From Octopus sinensis (taxonomy: Eukaryota): a stretch of 64,000 nucleotides of DNA. This document shows positions 1 through 13,943 of this stretch, one piece after another. The stretch lies in assembly GCF_006345805.1 (NCBI RefSeq), contig NC_043004.1, forward strand, positions 50,840,001 to 50,904,000. The letters are read 5' to 3'. The translations under genes and the position numbers were made by a program. The notes below the pieces were generated by a model. The model had not been told where the DNA came from. It searched no databases and saw nothing but the letters and a program-made list of their open reading frames with translations. Every line of letters starts with the position of its first letter. The stretch's first letter is position 1.

Positions 1-2902
1 GCTACATTCACCCATCTTTTTTTAAAACATTCACTAGACAAAACTTGCCTCTCTACTCTCACTTTTTTCTTCAAGTGATACTTGAAGAAGTTGATGAGAG
101 GTTGACCAGAGAGGAAAGTGTTTGTCTCTAATCCTTTCAGACGCGTCCACCAGATACATTCTTTCGCCATAGCCACAAGTATGATAAAAATAGCTCTTCC
201 TTCCCGTTTGAAGGAAGGAGGCGTGACGATATTAACGATAGACTCGGCTGATAAACCGACACGTCCCACACGTGACAGCAGTCGTTCGACATAAGCCCAC
301 AGGTGGGAAATTGCTGGACACTGCACGATTGCGTGCAGAGCGGTTTCGTCGCTCTGCCCGCATCTCGGGCAGGTCGGCCCCGTGTTTCTCGAGCCATGCC
401 TATAGAGCTTATCCCGAACGGGTAGCGCTTCTCGGTAGCACCGCCAGGCCAGGGATCTCTGGAAGTTGTCCATAGGTTCCGGGCCGAAAGTCGTTTGAAA
501 CAGGCGGGTCAGGTATTCCTCGTCGACGCCCAGGTTTGCCCCGAGCTCGTCGTCGTACCTCCCCTCCACTAATCCCCTATAGAATGCTTTGGTTGTGTTG
601 AAGTCACTCAAGGTCGACCCGGGACGGCAGAGTTGCTTGAGAGCAACGCGACACTCGCGGTGTCATTCGCCCTTCTTCGGCCTCTTTTTGATCCACGACT
701 GTAGTTCGGTCATGGAGACGAGTTGCGGGAATGCGTGCCTCACAAACGGCGACCACACCTGTTCACCGTCGTCTACATAGAGCCGGAGATGTCGCAGTCT
801 CAGCGCGTGTCTGCGCATCATCAACCACGGCATGCCCAGCCCTCCTTTTAACGGGTGTTGACAGCAAATGGATCGCCTGACCATCGGGACGCATCCTTTC
901 CACAAGAAGCGGAAGAGGATATGTTCTAGTTTGGTGATGGTAGGGTCGGGACAAGGTACGACGGTCAGGCGGTAGTAGATGATGGACGCGATGTACGCGT
1001 TCACCACCTCCGCCCGACCTTTTAGGGACAGTTTCCTCTCGGCCCATTGCTGGGCGAGAGTGACCACCCTACTCGTTATCTCGTTCCAGTTCTTCTCCAT
1101 TTGGAGGTCCGGACCGAACCAGACCCCGAGCAACTCAACCGGGCCGTCTGTCCAGCGTCCCACGACGGAGGTACTGGTGGACGGCATGGGATTGCTTCTC
1201 CAGGTGCCGAGCCGCAAGCCCACTGACTTTTCCCGGTTGATTTTTGCTCCTGTCACCGCTTCGTAGTCTTTCAGTGTCTCGCCGACCCGCTCGATGTGCT
1301 CGTGGCTTGACACTATGACGGTGACGTCGTCCGCGTATGCAGACACGCTCGTCCCGCATCCTAATTCTCGCGGGATGCCCCTCAGAGTCGCCAGCTTCCG
1401 CAGTAGTGGCTCAAGAGTCAATACGTATAGAAGCGCCGAGAGGGGGCATCCGTGACGGACCGAACGTGCAATGTCGAAGGGTCTCGATAGATGTCCATTT
1501 ACGCGAATTACCGAACGGATGCCTCTGTACAAGGCAGCTATCCAGCCGCGGAAGACGGGACCGAAACCAGCCGCTCTCAGGACTGCCTCCAAGTATCAAT
1601 GGTCTACCCTATCAAAGGCTTTCGATTGATCCAAGTTGATCAGGGCCCCACCCATGCCAGGTTCGTTAACTACCCTGTCCATGATGTAGCGCATCAGATG
1701 GAGGTTGTCATGGATGCTCCGGCCCGGCACGGCGCACGTTTGTGCGTTGTCGACCAGTTTCTCCATGACAAGCGCCAACCTCTTGGCTAACACCTTTGTC
1801 AAAATTTTCAGGTCTGCATTGAGCAGAGTGATTGGCCTAAAGTTATCTATAATGTTTCCCTTGTTTGGATCTTTCTTCAGCAGAGTTACAGCTCCTCGAC
1901 TCACAAAACCAGGTATGCTCCCGTTTTGCTGCCAGTTGCAGTATACCGCTGCCAAGACGTCTCCAAACAAGTCTGGCATACAATAGTAAAATTCGTAGGG
2001 TAGACCATCCAAACCCGGTGATTTGTCCCTCGAGCATTCTGCCATCGCTTCCCGCACTTCCGCCGCCGTGATGGCACCTTCGCAGCACCCTGCCTTTCTT
2101 GTCGAGAGTCGTGGCAGGCTATGTAGGTAGGCACTGAAGTCTACCCTACGTTCTTGCCCTCCACTCGTCCCGAACAGTCGGGCAAAATGCTGCTGAAAGG
2201 CCTCACACATTTTACTTGGCTCGAGCAATTCGCGCCCCTGTTCATCTACCAGTGACCGAATGGTGGCTTTGTTGCCCTGTTGCGCCTCTGCCACCCGGCC
2301 TCTCTCGCGGCTCCAACACCTTCGTTCCTTAGAGCACGCATCCTAGCTCTGACAGCACATCCTTCGTGTTTGGCGTTGAAGTGTTGGTCGAGGGCCAACC
2401 TCGCCGCCAAAACGTCGGATGCGATGCCGCTTCTAATTGCCTCTTCTAGCTTCTTAACTAGCTCACCCTCTACTCTATTTCTATCTATGGCTAGTGCTTT
2501 GCTGTACCTAATCGCTTCTGCTTTCACTGCTCTCTTGAGGGCAAACCACCATTTGTTGTTGATGATGGCTCCCGTCAAAGCCCTCTTTACTAGTGTGCTA
2601 ATCCGGTCTCTGAAAACTTGTCTGGACGGGAATGATACGTTCAGTTTCCAGTACCCAGGACCCTGTCTATGTGCCTTATCTAAGTCTAGCGTACACGTCA
2701 CCAATTTGTGATCCGTGTAGCTGAATTGTGGACATCCTAAGTTATCCTTGTCTACTGTCCTACACAGTATCCTATCTAGATATGATCTCGACGACCCACT
2801 GCGGTTGCTCCATGTCCACGTTGGTGCATTTGGGTGGTCGAGTCGGTACCTGTCAGACAGTTGGAATCGTCTGAGCAGGTCTCTGAGGCATTTGCATCCC
2901 CT
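1..2902 (-). mobile_element. Tx1/L1-clade non-LTR retrotransposon ORF2 (C-terminal APE, RT, CCHC knuckle), 5'-truncated and disrupted; runs off the left edge
   Basis: Minus-strand frames give APE end (TWTWSNRSGSSRSYLDRIL, YTDHKLV), RT motifs (SPGLDGLPYEFY, NFRPITLLNADLKILTK, DQSKAFDRVDH, GCPLSALLY, YADDVTV) and CPRCGQSDETALHAIVQC. In-frame stops at ~663 and ~1594, frameshift near 2280. The 5' end abuts (GATA)n at 2903. Confidence 0.92.
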
Positions 2903-2968
<66 letters not shown>

Positions 2969-3071
2969 TAGATAGATAGATAGATAGATAGATAGACAGA
3001 CAGGCAGACAGACAGATAGACAGATAGATAGGCAGACAAATAAATAGAGAGACAGAAAGACAGAAAGATAG
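2903..3071. repeat. (GATA)n/(GACA)n microsatellite
   Basis: Direct reading. Confidence 0.95.
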
Positions 3072-3855
3072 TGTAAGAATTAGCACTTCCTTCTCAAAGC
3101 TTGGATTCGAAATCAGACCCAAGAATCATTGGTCGTAAAATACCAATGCACAAAAAGGCGCGAAATCAGAATCTCTTTGTTCTGACAAAAAATGATGGAT
3201 CGTCTCCCTTCGACCTCTGACCCGAGCAGGTCAGGCGAAGTTTAACAGGACGACCAGCGACCTACTGTACGCAATAACACTCTTGCGGTATATCTATTTT
3301 TCTGGCTATTTGAGATGTTATAAATAGAACGGAGAAATAGGTATCTGGAGAGAAGCCGAACCAACGTTTAAGAGAACGTCACGCATTTATGAGGACGACG
3401 AAAGAATATTCAGAAAGGTGACTCTGTACTGCATGATTTACACACACACACACACACACACCATCAAACATATTCTGCTTTAATGTGTATCCTGTATTAT
3501 GCATTCCTTTAATATGTATTATTTGCAACCACTATTTAATATGCATTTTGTACAAGCGATGTGTAACATTGCTTACAAATTGATGTAGTGATAATAAATC
3601 TTTAATTTATTACAAAGCACTTATGTATTTATTAATACATCCACGCATCCACTACAATAGAGACACACATATTTGCTTGAATATGCGGTCATAAAACATT
3701 TTACTTAGTCACATGTTCGTTCACTGATTTCCTAAAAAATGTGACACTTCCTACATGTGTACGCCTACATTTTCTTTAAGAAAACTGTTATTTTTTTTAT
3801 TTAAATTGCAACACACTGATGACATTTAGTGCTCTCCTTACCCCTACTCCGCCTT

Positions 3856-3944
<89 letters not shown>

Positions 3945-4005
3945 TTCTTGTTGATTAGTCGGGTTTCATTTCACTATTATATAAACGTGTAATCTTCCTG
4001 TTACA
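3072..4005 (+). repeat. LTR copy 1 (TGTAA...TTACA), near-identical to 8185-9111
   Basis: Starts TGTAAG and ends GTTACA (5-bp terminal inverted repeat). Differs from copy 2 by a few SNPs/indels and microsatellite lengths. No PBS follows it. Confidence 0.8.
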
Positions 4006-4165
4006 ATTCGTCCGTCTCGTACAATCTATCTCACAGCCATACATTTTCCAGTCTTAACTCGCATTTAGAATGTGGCTTCCACAAAGATATTGCTTTAGTT
4101 TACCACTCTTTAAATAAACATTATATACATGCATAATACATACATACATACATACATACTACATG

Positions 4166-4239
<74 letters not shown>

Positions 4240-4240
4240 C

Positions 4241-4306
<66 letters not shown>

Positions 4307-4565
4307 GTACAGATCTGTATATATATGTATGTATGTAGGCGTAGGAGCGGCTGTGTGGTAAGTAGCTTGCTTACGAACAACATGGTCTCGGGTTCAGTCC
4401 CACTGCGTGGCACCTTGGGCAAGTGTCTTCTACAATAGCCTCGGGCCAACCAAAGCATTGTCAGTGGATTTGGTAGGCGGAAACTGAAAGAAGCCCGTCG
4501 TATATATATGTGTATGTGTGTGTATATATGTTTGTGTGTCTGTGTCTGTGTCTGTCACCCCCAAC

Positions 4566-7500
4566 GGAAGTCAGCATCATCCCAGTCTCCAACACTTCTG
4601 GAAAAAGAAAAGAGACATCAGTCTGTCTTCAGGCAGTCAACCATTCACCCATTCCAACCTACGGTGAACAGTCCCTAACATTAAACATAGGACTACGCCG
4701 CACATTTCAGTGGGTATTCGTCGTCGCTAAACTGCCGACCCCTATCTTAGGAGCCGATTTCCTGCATCATTTCGGTCTCCTGGTAGACATAAAGAACAGA
4801 CGACTTGTCGACACCACCACCAAGCTTACTGTGCGCGGTATAGCCGCTCGAATGGACACAGTCAGCCCAACTGTAATGCTTACGACAACGACTCGTCACA
4901 GTTCCATCCTGAATGATTATCCAGATGTCGCCCGGCCAGTTTTTCATAACCAGCCGATAAAGCACGACGTTACCCACCACATCAAAACCAGCGGTCCACC
5001 TATCGCTGCAAGGCCCAGAAGGTTACCACCTGATCGTCTCCAGGCCGTCAAGCGGGAATTCCAGCACATGCTCGACCTCGGAATCATCCGCGTTTCCAGC
5101 AGCAACTGGTCCTCGCCGATACACTGCGTCCCAAAAAAATCATCGACCGATTGGCGGGTTTGCGGCGATTATCGATCACTGAATAAAAGCACTATCAGTG
5201 ATGCCTATCCGGTGCCTTTTCTTCAGGACTTTTCGAGCTCGCTGCATGGAGCTCGCATCTTTTCAAAAATCGACCTGGTGCGAGCATACAACCAAATCCC
5301 AGTCGAACCTGCAGACATCTCAAAGACAGCAGTGACTACACCTTTCGGAATGTTTGAATTCCTGCGTATGCCTTTCGGTTTACGAACGCGGCACAGACAT
5401 TCCAAAGGTTTATCGACATGGTGACTAGAGGTTTGCCTTTCGTCTCTATGCCTACATAGACGACATACTCGTGGCCAGTAACTCGGACGAAGAGCATAAT
5501 CAACACCTTCACCTGCTATTCGAACGTTTACGTAAATTCGGAATTGTTATCAACCCTACCAAATGTTTGTTCGGAGTTGCTTCCCTCATTTTCTCGGCCA
5601 TATAGTCGATAAAAATGGAATTCGTCCCCTTCCCGAGAAAGTCAAGGCCATCGTGGATTTTCCACCACCCACATCTCTCCGCAAATTAAGGGAATATCTC
5701 GGTCTAGCGAATTTCTATCGACGGTTCGTGCCCCACCTCGCTGAAATAGCGCAACCGCTCACGGATTTGCTACGTCAGCGAACCTGCAAAAACGCAGATA
5801 TAGCTCTGACCGAAGATCAACTCGTTTCTTTCGCTGCCCTGAAAAAAGCGTTATCTAGCGCTACCATGTTGGTTTATCCAAAACCAGACGCCCCACGATG
5901 TTTACTCGTTGATGCATCCGATTCCGGAATCGGAGGTGTGCTACAACAGCTTGTTGACGGTATATGGCAACCGTTGTCTTTCTTTTCTAAGCGGTTAAAA
6001 CCCGCGGAAACCAAATACAGCACATTCAGTCGGGAATTATTGGCGGCATACCTGGCCGTTAAGCATTTCCGTCATATGCTAGAAGGTACCAATTTTGCCA
6101 TATATACCGACCACAAGCCATTAGTATACGCATTTAACACCAAACCGGATCGCCATTCGCCGAGAGAAATTCGTCACCTCGACTTCATATCGCAGTACAC
6201 GACGGATATACGCCACATCAAAGGGACGACCAACGTGGCAGCCGATGCACTTTCACGTGCGCAGATCAATGCTATCCACACCACGTCTACAATTGATCTG
6301 GCACGTATAGCAGCTGACCAGGAGAATGACGAAGAACTTCTAAAGCTCCGGAATTCGTCATCTCTGAAATTTCAGCATGTTCCACTACCATCATCCACAG
6401 CCCATATATGGTGTGATATTTCCACTGGTTACCAACGCCCTTATGTACCACAGAAATATCGTCGAGAAGTTTTCTCCGCTCTACATTCTCTGTCACATCC
6501 TGGTATTCGCTCCACTCAAAAGCTAATATCGACCCGTTTTGTGTGGACCAGTATCAACAAGGATATCAGAGAATGGACCAAGTGCTGTGTTGCGTGCCAA
6601 AAAGCGAAAATCCACCGGCACATAAAATCACCAATCGGTTCATTTTCGCAGCCCGATGCACGATTTCAGCACGTTCACATTGATATCGTTGGACCCCTGC
6701 CACCTTCGCAGAACTATTCATATCTGCTAACTTGCGTAGATAGGTTCTCGCGATGGCCCGAAGCCTGGCCCCTATCTGATATATCAGCAGAAACGGTCGC
6801 TAAAACGCTGATATCACAATGGGTTTCGCGTTTTGGCACACCCGCAACAATTACCACCGACAGAGGACGTCAGTTCGATTCCCACCTTTTCACCGAGCTG
6901 ACTCGTCTCCTCGGGTGTAAACACCCGCACTACAGCTTACCACCCTGCAGCAAATGGTATGGTGGAACGCTTTCACCGCCAACTCAAGGCATCTATAAAA
7001 GCAGCTCCAGACAGTTCTCACTGGTTGGAACATCTCCCTCTCATCCTCCTTGGAATTCGATCCACGATTAAGGAAGAACTGGGATATACTCCGGCCGAAC
7101 TCGTTTATGGCACAACACTCACCTTACCTGGGCAGATGATCGAACCTGTTTCACAAAACTTCCCTGACCCACAACAATATGTGCACCGATTACGAACATC
7201 CATGTCGCAAGTATCACCCTCAGGCCCCAGACAACAGAACGTCGTTTCACGTGTCCCAAAAGATATCAACACATGGACTCATGTCTTCGTGAGGAATGAT
7301 GGGATACCCTCTCAACTTCGACCACCATATTCCGGGCCCTACAAGGTCATCAAAAGAGAACCCAAGTATTTCGTCCTCGATATTGGAGGTAAACGAAATA
7401 CGGTCTCGATTGATCGTTTAAAAAAAGCTTTCATCGAGGAGGACTTACATTCAGTCCCCTCTTTTCCTCAAACAGACTCGGCAACTCCAGCGAACACCAC

Positions 7501-7612
7501 AGATGCTGCACAACCCCGACACACCAAATCAGGAAGAACAGTTCGATGGCCAGCAAGGTTCGTGCAAGTTTTTCGGGTAAGTTCTGAACTCCTAACGTAT
7601 CCATCTTCCTAA
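4566..7612 (+). pseudogene. pol: Ty3/Gypsy pol (PR-RT-RNaseH-integrase), CsRn1/Kabuki/Boudicca-like, frameshifted, starts mid-protease; gag absent
   Basis: ILGADFL; [46 protein letters not shown] (~5450); [20 protein letters not shown]; HSLSHPG...CVAC; [31 protein letters not shown]. Domain order is Gypsy-type. Frameshifts near 5390, 5450, 5580, 6920. Confidence 0.95.
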
Positions 7613-8171
7613 TGAACACATAACTGCATCACCCACCCAGAGAAATCAAAGAACATTTGTGTACGTAAAGAAAAAAAAAATGAAAACAAAAACTGTCTGT
7701 ATGAACTTTTACGGAACATTTCAAAATCGAACTTTGCCGATGAACATTTCTTTCATTTTTGCATGTACATATTTTTTGTTTTCTTTTCAAAATGTTTGCT
7801 TTCTCATAAATATATTTTTTTGCTAACTGTATATCCACACACATTTACAAATCTTGTTCTCCTGCGTGCTATCACTCGATTTTTTTTTTCTCCACTGAAA
7901 GATACCTTGTCTCTATTAGACCTCTAGTAGGTCGAGTAATCAATAGACGCACATCTCTTTCAACGTGCCAACATAATTCTGCCTGGGCACATATACATAT
8001 TGCCCACCATATAGCACATACAAATTGTAAACCTTTCATCCATATTTTTATCGTTCAATGTGTAAAAAAAAATTTTTTTCTACATGCACACAATCAAAAA
8101 AAAAAAAATAAAATAAAAATAATAATAATAATACATTTCCAATATCGTTCGATCTCTGTGGCTTTCTCACT

Positions 8172-8184
8172 AGAAGGTGGGTAG
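8172..8184 (+). other. Polypurine tract of the Gypsy element
   Basis: AGAAGGTGGGTAG immediately 5' of LTR copy 2. Confidence 0.75.
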
Positions 8185-8969
8185 TGTAAGAATTAGCACT
8201 TCCTTCTCAAAGCTTGGATTCGAAATCAGACCCAAGAATCATTGGTCGTAAAATACCAATGCACAAAAAGGCGCGAAATCAGAATCTCTTTGTTCTGACA
8301 AAAAATGATGGATCGTCTCCCTTCGACCTCTGACCCGAGCAGGTTAGGCGAAGTTTAACAGGACGACCAGCGACCTACTGTACGCAATAACACTCTTGCG
8401 GTATATCTATTTTTCTGGCTATTTGAGATGTTATAAATAGAACGGAGAAATAGGTATCTGGAGAGAAGCCGAACCAACGTTTAAGAGAACGTCACGCATT
8501 TATGAGGAACGACGAAAGAATATTCAGAAAGGTGACTCTGTACTGCATGATTTACACACACACACACACACACACCATCAAACATATTCTGCTTTAATGT
8601 GTATCCTGTATTATGCATTCCTTTAATATGTATTATTTGCAACCACTATTTAATATGCATTTTGTACAAGCGATGTGTAACATTGCTTACAAATTGATGT
8701 AGTGATAATAAATCTTTAATTTATTACAAAGCACTTATGTATTTATTAATACATCCACGCATCCACTACAATAGAGACACACATATTTGCTTGAATATGC
8801 GGTCATAAAACATTTTACTTAGTCACATGTTCGTTCACTGATTTCCTAAAAAATGTGACACTTCCTACATGTGTACGCCTACATTTTCTTTAAGAAAACT
8901 GTTATTTTTTTTATTTAAATTGCAACACACTGATGACATTTAGTGCTCTCCTTACCCCTACTCCGCCTT

Positions 8970-9050
<81 letters not shown>

Positions 9051-9111
9051 TTCTTGTTGATTAGTCGGGTTTCATTTCACTATTATATAAACGTGTAATC
9101 TTCCTGTTACA
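8185..9111 (+). repeat. 3' LTR of the Gypsy element (contains (CA)n and (CTAT)n)
   Basis: Follows pol and PPT; TGTAA...TTACA termini; duplicate at 3072-4005. Confidence 0.85.
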
Positions 9112-9284
9112 ATTCGTCCGTCTCGTACAATCTATCTCACAGCCATACATTTTCCAGTCTTAACTCGCATTTAGAATGTGGCTTCCACAAAGATATTGCT
9201 TTAGTTTACCACTCTTTAAATAAACATTATATACATGCATAATACATACATACATACATACATACATACATACATACATACATG

Positions 9285-9344
<60 letters not shown>

Positions 9345-9345
9345 C

Positions 9346-9395
<50 letters not shown>

Positions 9396-9425
9396 GTACA
9401 GATCTGTATATATATATGTATGTAT

Positions 9426-9837
9426 GTAGGCGTAGGAGCGGCTGTGTGGTAAGTAGCTTGCTTACGAACAACATGGTCTCGGGTTCAGTCCCACTGCGTG
9501 GCACCTTGGGCAAGTGTCTTCTACAATAGCCTCGGGCCAACCAAAGCATTGTCAGTGGATTTGGTAGGCGGAAACTGAAAGAAGCCCGTCGTATATATAT
9601 GTGTATGTGTGTGTATATATGTTTGTGTGTCTGTGTCTGTGTCTGTCACCCCCAACATAGCTTGACAACCGATGCTGGTGTGTTTATGTCCCCGTAACTT
9701 AGCGATTCGGTAATAGAGACCGATAGAATAAGTACTAGGCTTACAAAGAATAAGTCTTGGGATTGATTTGCTCGACTAAAGGCGGTGCTCCAGCATGGCC
9801 ACAGTCAAATGACTGAAACAAGTAAAAGAGTAAAAGA

Positions 9838-9839
<2 letters not shown>
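9426..9839 (+). mobile_element. tRNA-derived SINE family A (bipartite, central (TA)n(TG)n, AAAAGAGT tail), full copy
   Basis: Head GGCGTAGGAGCGGCTGTGTGGTAAG...GGGTTCAGTCCC (A/B-box-like); 3' half ends ATGACTGAAACAAGTAAAAGAGTAAAAGA. More than 20 whole or half copies in the window. Confidence 0.9.
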
Positions 9840-9868
<29 letters not shown>

Positions 9869-10280
9869 TGTGTGTGTGTGTGGTGTGTGTGTGTGTGGTG
9901 TGTGTGTGTGTGTGTGTGTTAGGGTGCATGGCTTAGTGGTTAGGGTGTTACACTCACGATCTAGCGATCGTGATTTCAATTCCTAGACTGCGAGGTACGT
10001 TGTGTTCTTGAGCAAAACACTTCATCTAACGTTGCTGAGCGATCACTTCGACACCTGATGAGTGGTACACCGTGCACCTGTTCAAACAACGTCGATTGAT
10101 GGAGAGAGTGAGAGGATGCGGCATGAAAATATGCTCAATGCTCATAAGTCGTTTCTGATTATAGTCATTATGTATGTATGTATGTATGTATGTATGTATG
10201 TATGTATGTCTATGTATGTATGTATGTATGTATGTATGTATGTATGTATGTATGTATGTATGTATGTATGTCTATGTATG

Positions 10281-10314
<34 letters not shown>

Positions 10315-10341
10315 TGTATGTATGTATGTATATATAGAGTG

Positions 10342-10975
10342 TCCTAGCTACAAGATCATGTCTCATCAGTAGATAATATCGTGATGACACTTCTGGACAA
10401 CTGCCTATGATATGGAGTCATCTTCAGTGTGAACTCCACAAAATCTGCATCGGTTGACACATTTTACGGCTTTTCCTGCATCTCTATTCCTTTTGTGAAT
10501 CAGGTATTTGGTTGATATTTCCTGTTCCTGGATTGCAAACGCATACCCTTCAAAGTAGGAGCTAATAATCCGGCTATTCGTCTATGATAAACTGCTTTCA
10601 TGATCGATGTTGCTACCATCACGGAGCTTTTTACTAACCAGCTCATATAGGCTCATCCTTTCATCTGATATGTTGCGTTTGAGTCGTGCAACTTCTTTGG
10701 GCATGTATTCTATGTTATCAAACAAAGATTGTTGCTCAAGGAGCTGCCTTCCAAGTCTTATGATCTTATCAGCTTCATGTATGCAAACTTGGTCAAGGGA
10801 TGCTCTTCGACATTTGGTGGTTAAAAGATGTTGCCGAAGGGATATAATACAACATCCAAAGGTATTTTGGATTAATGTTAAGCTTCTGCCGCCTTGTTTT
10901 CGTCTTAGGTAGAAGCGGTCTACGTCACTGTTTATGTAGAAAACGTGTGTGCTTGTTAGTATTTTTAGCTTTAGA
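10342..10975 (-). mobile_element. R4/Dong-like RLE LINE fragment (RT thumb to CCHC)
   Basis: DVDRFYLRRKQGGRSL and MSSRYYLLMRHDLVARTLY; homologous to 39385-40497. Confidence 0.8.
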
Positions 10976-10979
10976 TTCA

Positions 10980-13250
10980 AAGAATCATGAGGTTATTTAA
11001 GCTCTGCAGCGCACGAGGTGGTATGCCTTCCAACAGATAAGTCCAGCAGGATACAGATAGACAGCTTGCCGAACTACATCCAGGCAGTGCAACCTCACAT
11101 GGCCAATATGAAAGTAACAACTTTGCAGGCGCATGAGGAAAGAGAAAAAGATCCTCAACGCCCACATGATGATGTGGACAATTGTTCTTGGCCCTCAGAA
11201 ACGCACGGCCAACAATTTCCAAGCCCGGAACAACGATATCCCGACGCTGTATGGACTTCGCAAGAACCACAAAATTACCACTGATCCTGTAGCGGGACCA
11301 CCAACAAAACCAGTCTGTGAAGCGAACATCGCTAGCAACCACAGGATATCCTACTTCCTCTCAGTGATCATACGCCCCATAATCCGGATGTCACCTGACG
11401 TTTGTGACAGCACAGAAGATCTCCTCAGCAGGATCAACAACTGTAACAACACCTGCGACAGGATGTATAGTGGGTTGCTTGGACGTGGTATCCCTATACC
11501 CATCTTTCGACGTGGATTTTGCGTGGAGATGATCAACGAGAGCGAAGTGGAGTTCCGCAATGTCAATACCAAGAAACTGGGCTTCCTACTTAGACTGACA
11601 CATGACAATGAATATCTAGACAAACATGGCCTTAGAATTTTCTGCCCCAGTAGACGTTTAAGAGGTAGACCACTCACAATTCTATGTCTAAGAAGACCCC
11701 TATAGAGAGATGGAGCGGATGGACCAGAACCATACGAACGCCCGCAAACGAATATCAAGTAAAGAAAATGATCGCACATGCACTAAGAGCTAGTATAAGA
11801 GTTACCCTAAAAGGCCACACATTTAAGTTTAACAACAAAATATATGCCCGGGTTAGTATCGCCGGTGATGTAGCCAACCTTTTTATGGTGTGGTGGGACA
11901 GAAAGCTTAAAGAATGCCTGACACAGAACTCCATACTCATGAACATGTACTCTCGCTATGTCGATGATATCAACGTAGTGGTAAAGGCACCCCTAGAAGA
12001 GAGTACTCTTGAAAAAGAAATAGAAACTAATACTATGGAGATCATCCAGCAAATAGCTAACTCCATCCACCAGAGTATTAAGGTCATGATAGACTACCCT
12101 ACGAAACACCTTTGAAAGGACTAAAAAGAAAATAGGGACGGCCAACTCATGGTATGATAGCTACAAATATCAGAGTGCCATGTTCGTCGACACCACCCCT
12201 AGAGGCGAACTGGTATACCGCTTTAGAAGGGCCCTAGACAAACTTAGTTAAGAATTAAGGTTGTAGAAAGGCCAGGCAACCTTATCAAATCCGTAATCGG
12301 TAGAACCTACCCTTTTAGAAGAATACCTGTACTGATAGGAACTGTACTGTATGTAGATTTAGCGCAGAAACAAACTGTAAAGCCAGGAATATAGTCTATA
12401 AGATTTACAGATGGGCGGTGCAGTAACAAGACAACGACGTATGTAGGGGAAACAACACGGAGCATAGGAGAGGGGGTAAATGAGTATTGTAGGAAACTTA
12501 AGGAAAAAACGAGCTCATCGGTTCTATAACAGCACACCGAGTAGAAACACGGGGACTCGTTCAACAACATAGAAGTTAAAATCATGTCCACACATAGAAC
12601 AGACGCTACGCTTAGACAAATTACAGAAGCTACACACATAATAGAATATAAACCTAGCCTGAATAGGAAACTAGAATGGAACACTAGCACACACCCCAAC
12701 ACACCACAACCTATGACAGAATAAGATCCCCATAAACTGATAACAATATGAATATAATATAATACAATACACAGATAAACAATTGGAATTAAATAACTAT
12801 ATACATGAATAAAATAAATTAAATTAAATTAAATACAAAAAAGAAAGAAAATAAAAAAAATAAGTAGGTATAAACACACGAAGAAAATAAATAAAAACAA
12901 ATCAAACGAACGGGTATAAACATAGGATACTGATAATACAGGCATATTCCCCCCCCCGCACACACACTAAACATAGACACACACAGGGGTATAAGCATGC
13001 GCAAATAAAGAGACATGCAATAGAAATACAAAATGACTGAACATTAGTAAGGAAAGACAGAAAAAAAGAAAGAAGAAAGCAAAGGACCACTGATGAGGTC
13101 ACAGAAGTGTCACGAAAGAACTCTGGCCGAAATACGATTAATATAAAATAAAGCTGAAGCAAATGAACAACAAATATATACTGCGTGTGTTTTTATTGGC
13201 TAAACTGGCAACATGACCATCCCCAAATACAACAATATTTGTTTCAGCAC
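10980..13250 (+). mobile_element. Penelope-like element (RT plus GIY-YIG endonuclease), decayed
   Basis: PTDKSS, IPTLYGLRKNHK, GPPTKPVC, DSTEDLLSRI, GDVANLFMVWWD, YSRYVDDINVV; GIY-YIG motifs NIVYKIY (~12385) and TYVGETTRSIGE (~12440). Hammerhead core CTGATGA...GAAA at 13090-13132. Confidence 0.88.
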
Positions 13251-13291
13251 GAATTCACATCAGGAATCTTACGGCGAAACGAATATATAAA

Positions 13292-13343
<52 letters not shown>

Positions 13344-13427
13344 ATATAATATATATATATATATAATATATATATATACATATATATACATATATATATA
13401 TACATACATACATACATAAATACACAC

Positions 13428-13460
<33 letters not shown>

Positions 13461-13588
13461 ATATTATATATATATATTACATATATATATATATACATAC
13501 ATATATATATACACATATATATATACATATATATATATACATATATATACATATATATATACATACATACATACATACATACATAAAT

Positions 13589-13628
<40 letters not shown>

Positions 13629-13943
13629 GAATATATATATGTATATATATGAATATATATATATATATATATGTGTATTTGTATATATATATGTATGTAT
13701 ATATGTGTGTCTCTGTATCTCTGTTTGTCCTCCCACCGTTTGACAATCGGTGATCGTATGCTTACGTCCCTGTAATCAAGCGGTTCGGCAAAAGAGAATG
13801 ATAGAATAAGTACCAGGTTTTCAAAAAAAAAAAAAAAATCCTGGAGTCGATTTGCTCGATTAAAAACCCTTCAAGGGGGTGCCCCAGCATGGCCGCATTC
13901 AAATGACTGAAACAAGTAAAAGATAAAAGACAACAGATAAATC

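Noticed and set aside
4159-4458. Recurrent ORFs such as [26 protein letters not shown] and [23 protein letters not shown]
   Set aside because: Antisense translations of SINE family A.
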